Part shown: positions 51,885-64,000 of the stretch, piece after piece
Position numbering within the stretch: the stretch's first letter is position 1
How the letters are laid out: each line of letters starts with the position of its first letter
Assembly (NCBI RefSeq): GCF_000150275.1
Contig: NW_002060955.1
Span: 1,758,024-1,822,023 of the forward strand
Reading direction: 5' to 3'
From: Trichoplax adhaerens
Taxonomy: Eukaryota; Animalia; Placozoa
Length of the DNA: 64,000 bases
Notes under the pieces: generated by a model
What the model was told of the DNA's origin: nothing
The model's input: only the letters and a program-made list of their open reading frames with translations
Database searches by the model: none
Position numbers and translations under genes: made by a program

Positions 51885-52882
51885 ATGAATTTTTTAAATT
51901 GGGAGAATAAGAAGATAATGACTAATTTAAGTGCCAATCTCTCGCTCTTGAATATAACTTCAGCAACGTGCCTTCCAGTCGGCATCATGGGCATACTGAC
52001 TAATTTCTTCCTTCTCGTCATTATTTCTACATCAAAATCTTTAAAAGATCCGATTTATAGGATAATTGCTAATATTATGGTTTGCGATTGTATTAGTTGT
52101 CTTCAGTTTTTTGTTATTTTCCTCGGACTTCATCTATTAAAAGATTCAACATTTCATACTAGTCAAATTTATTGCAAGACTCTGATGTATTCCATGTATT
52201 CGACATATAACGTGTCTGCTCTTAATTTAAAAGCTATTAGCGTTTATCGTTATGAAGCAGTTGTTAAAGCTTCACGAATTCGTTTTAAAGAGCTTGAGCT
52301 GCGAAAGATAAGAAAATTATTAGTATTGATATGGGCTACAAGTTGTCTATTTTCTATACCATCGTGTTCTTTAATGAAACAAATTTTCTTATAACTGGTT
52401 ATTGCGAAATTGGCTATATCCAAAACAATCTGTATTTAACTCTCATTTACTATCTTATTGCAACCGTAATCACTTATCTTATACCGTTAATCGCCATGAT
52501 TGTTAATTATTCAAGATTAATTAGGCGGTTATAAGGATATGTAGCCCCGGGAGAAAATCGAATACAAGCTATCCGTCGGTACCATTATCATATTACTAAA
52601 ATGTTACTAGCCGTTACCACCGCATTTATGCTCTTTAATTGTCCATTATTTGTAAGCTTTAATTTTCTAGCTGGCAACTTTAAAACCTATTACTTGCTAC
52701 GGCAGCAAAGCTTCATCTTATATCTAATTTTTTTGCTATAATTGCCTCTAGCTGTGGTTGTAAGTGCTATTAATCCAATATTTTATGTTGCATTCGATAA
52801 GAATATCTCCAAAGAGGTTAAACAGATACTATATATTAATTCTAGTAGCCGTATAAGATCTACCAGGGTTGTTTTAGTTTAA
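51885..52882 (+). pseudogene. Intronless rhodopsin-class GPCR pseudogene
   Basis: TM1 GILTN, TM2 NIMVCD, TM3 AISVYRYEAV and TM7 SAINPIFY are intact, but there is a frameshift near 52360 and in-frame TAA codons at 52532 and 52739. Confidence 0.85.
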
Positions 52883-54807
52883 ACTGATACATAACTCTAA
52901 TTGTTACTGACACGGATATTAACATTATGTTAATTGAACAATATTGAAAACTAAGTCATAATGATATTATCTATCGCAATCACAACGTAATTTTAATCAA
53001 TATTGGCAAGATTAATAATAAAACTTGAAACAATTATTATAATGATTTATTATTCAAGCGATAAATTCTTTCCATCAGCACCTAGAATAATATTAGAAGT
53101 CTTTTAATTGTAATATTAGTGTATGATTAAAAAATAGACTCAGTTTATAATTGAAATTACCACACCTTATGGCCTAAACTTCGTGGAATTAGGCTAAACA
53201 GGGTTGGAGAAGAGAATATATTCAGTGTTCTATCGTTATTGTAAATGACTAATAGGGTTTGTTCGGATCAGATTGAAAGATTATAAAAATAATTCGGGTA
53301 ATGAGTATATTATAATTTATAACTGAAGCTCCATTGTAATATCATGAAGAATGACGAAATGGAGCTAACTGGGCTTCTAGATTTGCTTTTAAAGTAGAAA
53401 AAGTGGATACAGCTGTAACTATTTACAATTTTTGTCTTCTTAACTGCAACTCAAATTAAGTGTGGTATTTAAAAAATACAGTTCGCGCAATTATATAAGC
53501 CTTAATACTGTATAAAACTTCAAAATCTTACTAACTTTAAAATTAATAGTCATCTCTGGTCCATTAATGTCTCCGACTTGTACATATTTCCAATATAATC
53601 CACAAATATTAAAAATGTAAAGAAGTTCCCATCAGTTATTATTAGTATATTGCATTGCATTTCGTGATCCCCAGCCTTCGCTAGGGATGACGACAAATTA
53701 TACGCTAGTAACAACAGTATCATCACGTAGTTTTAATTTCCTTCATAAAAATAATAATTTTTCCGATAGCAATTGCGGCTCCCTTACTGTAAATATTCAT
53801 CCAAAAGTAGCTCATTCCGTTCAGAAGTGTAAAATGTTAGTTAAATTTTAAATACTTTTATTGTATGGTATAAAGCAAATAAGATACTAACCGATAAGAC
53901 AATAAGCTGCTACGTACTTTTGTAACGTAAAGAACGGCTGGAAATAGCAGCATATTTTAGCAGTATTACTACCTGAGCGAGCTGGCTTTTAATAGATTTA
54001 ATGTGTTATATGCTTTTGCTTTAGTTCTTGTTACAAACTGAACTTTACAACAAGAAAATATAAACTACTAATACCACGAGTTTATTGTTCAACTTGCCCT
54101 CTCGGTGTTTGTTCGTATCGCAACTCATTTACTAACGATATCGTATCATCGTGAGGCCACCGTAACTACACAAATCTCTAAGACCATATTCTGAAACTTA
54201 AATTTTATTGGAAAGCCAATTAATGCACCGGGTAACTACGTCAATAACATCATCATTGGATAAAATTATAATAATGTACTTCGATGAATAGACAAATACA
54301 AATATTCTCAAAGATATGCAGTAGCTCTATCTAATGACAAGCATGAATCTACGTCATATGGAAGCGACATAAAAATTAGCTCTAAGACACTTTACCGTAA
54401 TTGATTTTGTCACAATCCATTATCTATTACAATATTGTTGGTCTATGGACATATCTTCAGAGAAACAATATCATTTTATGCTACAATCAGTAATGTCGGT
54501 AAAATGTGAGGATATCGTAAGTTAGGGGGATTGTTGGTATAAGTTAATAGCTGAGTATGCCATACATTAGTTAAAATGACCATAAGATAATTTCTTTACT
54601 GACAAACATACTGTGTAGAATTGCTTATTATTATTATTGAGGACGGGGTTAAAAAATATCAGAGCGATTGATGGCTATACTAGTATGGATTAAAAATGTT
54701 AAATTAAGTAATCCGTGTTTAATATAGCACTGCACAAGTTGTACTATGAATTGATTGTTCGAATAGCGATTGCAGTCTTGACTGTTAGTGAATTTGTAAA
54801 ATCCTTA

Positions 54808-57800
54808 TCAAAATCTAGTGAATAGTTGGTTTTGTTGATCATGTAGATTCATAAGCTTTTTCTTCATAATTGCTGGCTTAGATTGGACTCGATTTCTTGA
54901 TCTCCTAAATGAGTTTCCTAAACGGGCAGCCGGACGAATAAATAATCCTTTAATTACGGCTGCATTTGTAAAGGTATATAGGAATGGATTAAGGGCTGAA
55001 TTAACAGGCAATGCAAAAATACCAACAAATTGTAATGTAACAACATCAACACCGTCGCTGCTAAAGATAGCATAACTGTTAACTACATAATAAGGTACCC
55101 AACTAATTAAATCGGTTAACAGTATGACCGATAGACGCCATGCGAGTGATTTGTTTTCCTTAGTAGGTGATCTTCCGGCTGCTTTACGGGTATTTTGGGC
55201 TGAGATAAACATTCCAATATAAAGTGAAGAAGTAATTATCCAAGCAATAATAGTCGTGGTTATATAGGATATCATCCAGATGCGATATAGAGGGTGCTCA
55301 TAATTGCTTGGCATGCACATGCTATTATAGGTATATAATCGCTCAGGACCAGGTTTATCGATACTGAATAGTGCTGGCACAATTGCAAATGCAAAGCCTA
55401 TTAGCCATGCCATACCAGTGATCATTTGAGCTGTATACCTGCTCAATTTTTTTCCTTTAATCCCATAAACGATAGCGATAAATCTATCGATACTGATAAT
55501 TACCATTAGAAACACAGATACAATACTTGATGTAGTCACAAAAACACAGGATGCTACACATAGACCACTTCGTAGCCAATTTTCAGATTGTAGACCGTAT
55601 TGACCTTGGCCGCTATAAATTAAATTAGCGGTCGCAATTATGAATAAATATATAGACATGATAAAATCGGATAGTGCTAGATTATTGATTAAGAATATGT
55701 GAACTTTCTTTTTAGTCTTTTGTCTAAGAAATTGATTTCGTGCAATAACCATAATGTTGCCAAAAAAGGCCAGAGAACCAATAACCCATACAAAAGTTTG
55801 TAATGAAACATGAGCAAGGAGATGTTGACACGATGATAAAGTATCAGATATCATCGATGGCTTACACGTTGTAATTTTAGCAGGTATAAAGCAGCAAAAG
55901 TAAGGACGATTTGTTAGCCTATTGAGACATATCGTAGTAAAGAGGATGGTACATTTTAAGTTCTGATGTCGATGCAAATGTACTATTTGAAAGTAGAATA
56001 GTTGGTTAGCTATTGTTATTTTGACTTACGTTTCTTCCAACTTAGATGGACCAAAGAAGGATTCTCGAGATATATGTGCTAAAGAATTCATTCGTAAATC
56101 TCTAAAAATTGCAGATAGTAAATGTCTTATCATTGGAAGATGCGGTAAAGATTACCTCGCGTAATGAAATAAAGGTATGGACATAATAGTGTTAGCAAAA
56201 AGTTACTTCCTGAACCAATATAATATACGAATCGGATATTTATAAAATATCAGAATACTGTACATTATAAAGGTCACTAATATGGTACAGCTTTTGAATT
56301 ATTTCAAAGTTAGTCCAGTATATGAACGGCTTTGCATGATGTATGTGCAAGTTAAGTCTCAATTTTTACAAAACAAAGCGTAGTAGATAAAATTATCAGT
56401 GAAAAATATAGAGTATTAAAAGTAATATAATTTGTTCATTGATTGTGTTCAACATCAGTGAATATTCAGTATAACAATCTTCTTCACCTAATAATCAAAG
56501 CTAAAATTGTTTGCTTGCTCATACCGTGATGAGAATGCTACTACCTGTTCATAACAACGTCGTTTTATAGTTATAGCACAAAAAATATTAAGTAAAAGGA
56601 GCAATGGTAGTAGTACTAAAATGGTGCCATTCTGTCTTTGTTGAACTTACAATTTTTGCAGGCTTGATAGTCCTTTAAAGCATCTCTTATCGATCCTGTC
56701 AATCTTGTTTCCGCTAGCATCACTTTAATCAATTTACGATTTGATAATTTTTAGTCAATAATCTTTGTTTTTACTACTACCAACAAAAATTAACCTAAAT
56801 TTCTAAAATGATTATTAAATACCCACATTTCGATTATATTGAGAAACTGTCCAGCAAAATCTAGATTTGGGCCACATATTATCTTGATTCGATTATTGGA
56901 AATATTGCTGATTCAGAGAGATAAAGGTATTAGATCCATGCTTCTTAATATACTCTGTCAGTCTTAATATCGTGATACTATCGTTTTCTAGTTATGAAAT
57001 AAATCTACGAGGGCTACCGGTACTGCCTTCGGATTTCGAGGTTAAAAATCTAATCATGAGTATATATTTTGCATTACATACATTACATTACATACATTAT
57101 ACTTACAGCTTTTTCAGCTTTTCAAATCTAACTAATTTTGTAACTTTAAATCCTGTTAGATTATTGTTTGCAAGACTCCTGCAATAAATATTCGGATATT
57201 ATAGCAAAAATTGCATATACGCTTATTTCTCTAAAAGCTCCTATCGCGTAAAATGAGAGCTTAATCATAAATCACCATATTTACACAAGTCACTTTAATA
57301 ACTGCAGTAAATAGGCCGCATATGAATTATGTAGAAATTACATATTATAATAGCCAAGAATGGCTTTGATGTCGCAGTAGACAGTCCGTGATTGCAACAA
57401 CAGCTAATTAAATATAGCTGAACCAACTCTGTCAAAAAGTCTTATAACTGAGTGCCACTGTACTTAGTAAATAGTGTATTCTTCCTACGTAACTTACTAC
57501 CACAGACATTAGACTGTTCTAAACGGTTGTACTCTAGCTTTTGTTTCTTTAGTTTGATATAATGGTAGGAGTATCACTTTACATTAGGTAAACGAGGTTT
57601 GTAAGACTTAAGATCATAATAAGGATCTATTCTGATGTGTGACAATTGTCCACTATTCTTTAAATAGATGTATCTGATATTTTTTACATTAATTTGGAAT
57701 ATGAGTAGTTAAATCATCTTACAATTCCATTAACACATTTGCATCATTGACAGAGATGTCGACCATATCAAATTCGCTTAAGTTGTTGTGATTTAATGAT

Positions 57801-60800
57801 CTGTTAATTTAGAAATATTAAAATAATCCGCCGATAAATCTTTAGTAAGGTTTTGAAATACCATCATTATCTATATAGATCATGGCAATAAATTCCAATT
57901 CAAAGTTAGTAGTGGTAGCGAGCTAGAAAGGTAACTCTCACGTAATATTATGTAATGTTAAGTTAAGATACTTACATAATTCTGAGATCATCAAAATAAA
58001 AGGCTTTTCTTGGAATTTTCAAAATGTTACATTTATTTAATTGGCTGTAAAGGATTTAGATATTAAAGTTAGAACTGATAGCACCATATAAATATGTGAT
58101 GAATCATTCTATTTTTTATGACCTAAATTTATTTCGATACTTAAGAAAATTAGTACTTTAGTTCTTAATATTTAAAACTGAATGTTACGCACAATTTATG
58201 ACTTAAAATCTTTGATATGGAATCATAAGTACGCAAAATTTTAATTTTATGGTCTTTCAGCTATTACTCGTTCATAAAAATTTTCCAGTTTCTACGTATA
58301 CATGTATAACTTTCAAAATGCTTCAATCATTTTTGGTACTATTTATAACCCCTACTTAGCAACACTTTTGAAGACTAGATTTAATTAGCTAGGTGAGTTG
58401 AAATAATAATTTGGTTTTCAATTTGCGTTTAAATTGATTTAATAGTGACTGTTTTTACATGTTAAGCTGTATACTTTTATGTCTAGCCTAACTTGATCCT
58501 AATATTTAACTTTTCGATAATAACGACACATTCTGTAAACATTTCTAATTCCTGTAAGGCGCCTATTATTATCCTCGTATTATGCATCATAATAAACTCC
58601 TGACATACCTATAAATGGAATGTCAGTAGTTATTTATGGTTCTGGTCAGATATAAACTGGATTTATTTTATTTCTCTGGCTCTATATTTATGACTTGAAT
58701 CAACTGTAAGTACATGAATGCTGAGTTTTTATTAATTATGTGTTTGTTACACATTCACTTTACCGGATTTAAATTTAGATGTTTTTGCATGTTAAGAGTA
58801 ATTTTGATCTAAAACTATTGTCAATATTATCATGGATGTAAAATTGTGATGTGAATTCGCTAATGGATTTGCATTAACGACTGTGATGCTTTTAGATGAC
58901 GATGATAAAGATATAACGTAATTACTATGAATGCAAAGTATAAAGTTTAAGATGGATATTGTCTCACTTTTAGTATAAGATGTTAGATTGCTAACTTCTT
59001 AATTGGGCTAAATGTGCTAGCACTCATTATCAATTAATACATATGTGCCCTATAATAAGTATTATAAAACTAAGTCTATAGAAAAGTATGTTAATTGTAT
59101 AAGCCTAAGAATTAATTGTTTTGTACCAGAAAGCTTGGCAAATGTATAAAAGAGGATTCATTTATTTAATATAACAGTGAGGTAATTGCAGTTGCTGAGT
59201 AGAGTACGCTATCATCGATAAAGATCTCATTAAGTAATCACCAAAAAGCTTTTTGTCTGTGACTTACTATTGCCTAAGATTATGCACTAGGTCAGTGAAG
59301 TTTGTGGCGCTTAGTAGTAGGGATACTGTACCATAAAAACTAACGGTAGTGAAATAGGGAGTTTTTTAAATGTCGCAAACGCGGTTGTGATGATGTTGTA
59401 ATTTCGATCGTTTGATTTAATTACTACTATAAAGTACTAGTGACATTGAAAAAGTTCTTGGAAATATTGTCTAGAGATATATCTTGTACCGTTATTTTCT
59501 TGTCTAAGTGCTACCTAGAACTGCGTTGTATTTCTTAAAGCACAATAATACTATATAAAGAAGTACTTTAAACTTTGAAACATTACAAGAAACTGTATGA
59601 AGATTGTACGGTCTAAAATATCAAAAATGATTATCTCGTTTATCTTAGCCAAGGATCAAATCCGCTTTGTATGAATTTCTAGTGAAGGATGTAGCATAGA
59701 GTGTAGTCTCATTTTGTATAATTTTATATGAAATTATAATAGCTTTAGAAATTGGCTAAATCTTGTTCGGATTATTTTAGTCACTTTCGACAGTTGGGAA
59801 ATAAAGTACTAGTACGACGGATCTTGTATAGATGTTTAATAAATCTTCAAAAATTAAAGACTATATATACGTGTATATATTATGGTCATCATTATTGTGA
59901 GATAAGGTAGAGTTTTGATAATTTAGCAAATAAGGCAAATTTAATCGGATTGAAGTGAGCAAGATGAAAGAGTTACGAATTTCGATTTAAGATAGCTAAC
60001 CTAATAAGAAGAGATAATTATCAAGGATTGGCGATCCTATCTAGTGCAAGTAGCGCTATGTTTTGATCATCTGATTACTATCATATTTCTTTATATTCCG
60101 ATTATATAAGATTCTATATTAGATATTTAGCCGATTCACAAACAGTTTTGTGTATCCGCAAATTATACTATGCAATATTGATTTCATCTGATCCCTGCGT
60201 TTCTTTAATTAATTTTAAATTTACACACATTGGCGTAGCTGCAGCTACTAAGAAATCTACATGTAAGATCGTTTACTAATAGCCTATAGTGCAAAGTGCA
60301 TATCTAGATTACAGTGCTTTATGGACCTTACTTTTTGCATATTCCATGTTAGTATTATTACTTAGCCATGTTTTTGTTATACGATATGAACATGTTAATA
60401 ATACATTCTGTTATTTAATGATATTCTAACTATAATGTATAGCATTTCTTTATCTAACATCTTCTATTTCTGTTGTTATTTATGAGTTACAGATTCAATA
60501 AATACCAGTCATTCTTGTTTTGAAAGTAACTCTAGTATTCAATAGTTCTGAACTCTCAAGTAGTTGATTCTTTTCGAACAAACTACGCTTCAACTTTTCT
60601 ATATTTCATCTCATTTTACTTGACAGAGTTCATATATGCATAACATAGCCGAATAACCGAATAATCTAATTAACTAAGCATTCTAACAAATGCTAAAAGC
60701 AAGTTATCGTAAGAATATAGAGATATATCAGAGGAATATGCTATTATTTAATCTAATCTACTATTAAACTCTCATTCGATTTATTTAAATATAAAATTAA

Positions 60801-63800
60801 TGATTCTATCAACTATTTTCTGTATTTATGAATAAAGTACATAGCTGCATACTTATTCTCATACTGTCCAGTTGTTATTATTAGTCAGTGTTATTAACAA
60901 ATACAGTGTAATAGAAACTAACCTTTTGCGGGATAGAGTAAAATATTCCTTATTTTGACTACTTACATGCCAGTTAGGAATGGCCCAACACGGTCGTATA
61001 AATCTCTCAGGAAGGAATTTAATATTATTGGATTATCACTCACATCTCTATACGCTCAAAAATAAATACAGATACGATCGTTAACATTTTCCTGATGGTA
61101 TATCTTTTAAGTTATAAATATCTAATGAAAGCTCAGTAAAATAAACTGGTGATATCAAATGGAATATCGTCTAAATTATATATAGCTAATGATAAAAATT
61201 AGTAAATAAAACTGGCGATATCTTGTTTTTCAATTAATAACATTACAAATTTTAGATCCTTAGTAATTATATCATTGTTTTATGTACATACAGTTTTAAG
61301 TTTTTCATAGTCGGCATTCCGTTAATAATTCCAGCCCAATTATTCCCTGCTAATTTCCTATGAAAGTAATCGACAAGGCAAATCATTAAATTTGTATAAG
61401 CGTATCAATACTTATAGTTAGAGTTTACTTTGTAAAGAGATTTATATCATAAATAGGCTCTATAGTGGCTTGCTATCTAAGTAAATTAATAACGACCCTA
61501 ATCTGAAGTCAGATCACCAGCGTATTACTTCGTAAAACGTACAAGTCATTAATCAGCTTTAATTTTTCAAGCAAGTCTTTCTGCATATTTATTCCGTTTG
61601 TAATCAAATTGGTATAGCTCATATCACTATCGAATAAATACAAAAGCAAATGGGTCACTTAATTCCAAATGCGTATCAAATAAATCATAACAAGTTATTT
61701 ATGGAGAGGTTCAATCAGTAACCTACATTTTGGTAACTTGATAGAATAACTGATCACAATTAGGATCAAACTTTTTGATATTATTATTTGCTAAAATTCT
61801 TAAATTAGCCAATTAAGCATAATAATTAGAGAGTAATATTTCCAGAAATAATTAGCTTTCAATTTAAATACTTAAGGGTGACCGTAGTTAGTAACAGTAT
61901 CATCAATAAAGAGAAATTGTTAAATGAATTTATTATTACTTACATAGATTTTAGTATTGCAGGCAATCCTGAGCAGTTCAAGTATTTGATGTTGTTTCTC
62001 GCTAAATTGCTATAATAAAAGTAGACTTGAGAATTCTATAAGAATACGATTTCATAAATGATACGGTACAGATGTAAGATTTTTTACTCTAGGTTTGATA
62101 CTATAACATAAAAAGCTACGAAATAGTAATTATATTGAAAATTTAGACGAAGAATTTAAATATTCGCGTTCCCTGTTACAAGTACAAATCTTTAGATTTT
62201 ATTCGTCCTATTTTCACTTACAGCTTTTCAAGAAAAGTTAATCCCAGATTATCTTGATCAGACAGTGTTATAGCATTATTACTTAAATCTCTAAAAAAAG
62301 AATTTTAGTATGCCTGAGCTTCTAGATCATTCATTTACTATATAGTAACTGAAATGGTTATTTATTTAGCTCACAGAATTCTTAAATTTTTGTAACGCGA
62401 AAATAATTTGTTTCCCAGCATCGTAATGTAATTGTTGCTTAAATATCTGAAACAAAGTCACTTCAATTAATTTAGAAAGCTACACGCATAAAATGTACTA
62501 CCATTGTGATTACATACGTTTAGAATTGTATATAGACTAAATTTATGAATATTCCTAATTTGCACTTACAATTGGCTCAGATACGGCAGTTTCACTTTAA
62601 AAATTTTGCCAACATTTCTAATATTATTGTAATTTAAGTTCCTTGTATACCGAAATATCATGAAGATATAAAATGATAAGGAATAACTGGGCTTAGCTAC
62701 AAATGAAGTAATACAATTTGTCTTACAATATCCGTATGTTGCTTAATCCTCCCAAAAAGGTATTTTGATGATCGGATATATGATTATGATGTAGATATCT
62801 GAATCATATACAGACGTTATGAATTAATTTATCAGGTAATCATAAATATTTTACTACAGTTAGCAGTATATATTTCCCTGTGTTCTTACAAACTATTTAA
62901 CATCGTATTTTTAAAAACATTTTCTGGCAATGTTCCAATGTGGTTGTAACCAAGGTATCTGTTAAACATAAATGTAATTATACTGTACTTTAAAAGATAT
63001 ATTTTTCTTTCATGCCATCCTCTCTGGATGAAAAGATTGTTCAGCACTATAAATTTGTTGATAGCTACTCGTATACTTTATAAATGAGTACAATTAATTT
63101 ATTAAATAATAAAATATTCTCAAGATTCATATTAACAATCGGCGCTTAGAAATATAATCATTGAATGTGACATAAATGACGATCATAAGACGTCTTGTGC
63201 AGTCAATCGAGTACAATTTTGTAACGGTAGTGAATCTACTGTGATGAATGATATCTTACTTAATTTAGACACGTACATGTATCACGATAAGATAGTTATC
63301 AATTTGGATATGTGCATGAATTATTTTATGACTTAATTAATATAGCCGATACAAACCTGTTCCTAATACAGGCTAAATTACACTAAATATAGTATATGAA
63401 TTGTCAATGGTAAATTCAATATAAATCCTGTTAATTATAAGCTAGTGAAAACATAAAGTTAATATATCGTAATATTACAAAGTCATTGGATTAGGCTAGG
63501 AATAATTTAATGTATTCACTAAGTCTTATTGGTCGAAATATATCACACATCGTAAACCGATTTTATGGCTAGAATAGCTATTTTAATGATTGATTTAGAA
63601 TATTAAATTAGACTCGTATTTTCTAGAATAAAGATATAATTAGAAGATTCCGAAAGTGCATTTCTTAGTTATTGTTACTTATCTAGGGTAATCTAATTAG
63701 TTTAGATTAGGCAAGTTTGGTTAAGTAACACATTTATACTTTTACAAAGTTACTTACAATTCTTTAAGACTTCTTAAATCTTTAAAATCATCGGAGTCTA

Positions 63801-63829
63801 TTGCTTCAATGCGATTATTTGCTACAGAT
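54808..63829 (-). CDS. Leucine-rich-repeat GPCR (RXFP/GRL101-like LGR); 5' end probably beyond the window
   Basis: Terminal 7TM exon with hinge YFCCFIP...LSSCQHLL, NLALSDFIM, SIDRF and LPVNSALNPFLY; many ~69-81-nt LRR exons upstream, e.g. 63758-63829 SVANNRIEAIDSDDFKDLRSLKEL, 62222-62290 and ~56030-56101. Confidence 0.9.
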
Positions 63830-64000
63830 CTAGGCATTTAAAATGACAATTAAATGCTTTAGCATTTGGTATTTGGCAGTATCAAGATAAATTAATTTTT
63901 CTTTATATTACCGAGTAGGTTATGGATTGCATTCAAAAGCATCGCAACATTAAAATCATTCTAACGAAGTACCACTTTACGGTATAAAGTTACTGAACCT

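Noticed and set aside
52532-52741. Stop-codon readthrough or alternative genetic code in the GPCR
   Set aside because: An accompanying frameshift and normal TAA use as stop in neighbouring genes favour pseudogenisation
1-64000. tRNA/rRNA genes and transposable elements
   Set aside because: No cloverleaf or T-loop signature, rRNA similarity, transposase/RT ORF or TIR/LTR pair recognised by eye

Overview
AT-rich, intron-rich eukaryotic DNA with short GT-AG introns (mostly ~70-350 nt). It is most consistent with a compact early-branching animal genome such as a placozoan (Trichoplax-like); this is inference from gene content and intron size. Positions 1-30.2 kb hold housekeeping or ciliary genes in strictly alternating orientation: a partial unknown gene (-), SLAIN (+), OFD1 (-), NUP54 (+), a stand-alone homologue of human POLR1D isoform 2 (-), FIP1L1 (+) and RPS3 (-). 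Their divergent promoter regions are filled with TACAGT/ACTGTA-rich sequence and composite tandem repeats sharing a GACAGATGGAC-like core. RPS3 has a TCT/5'TOP start, a 3'UTR intron and candidate intronic snoRNAs. Positions 32-64 kb hold a possible decayed gene, two tandem alpha-arrestin genes lacking PPxY tails but ending in PDZ-ligand motifs, CLPB/Skd3 (-), a disrupted single-exon GPCR pseudogene and a long LRR-GPCR (RXFP/GRL101 type, -) that probably runs off the right end. There is no prokaryotic system, CRISPR array, tRNA/rRNA gene or recognisable transposon. Gene coordinates are whole spans (start codon to stop codon, introns included) assembled by eye.
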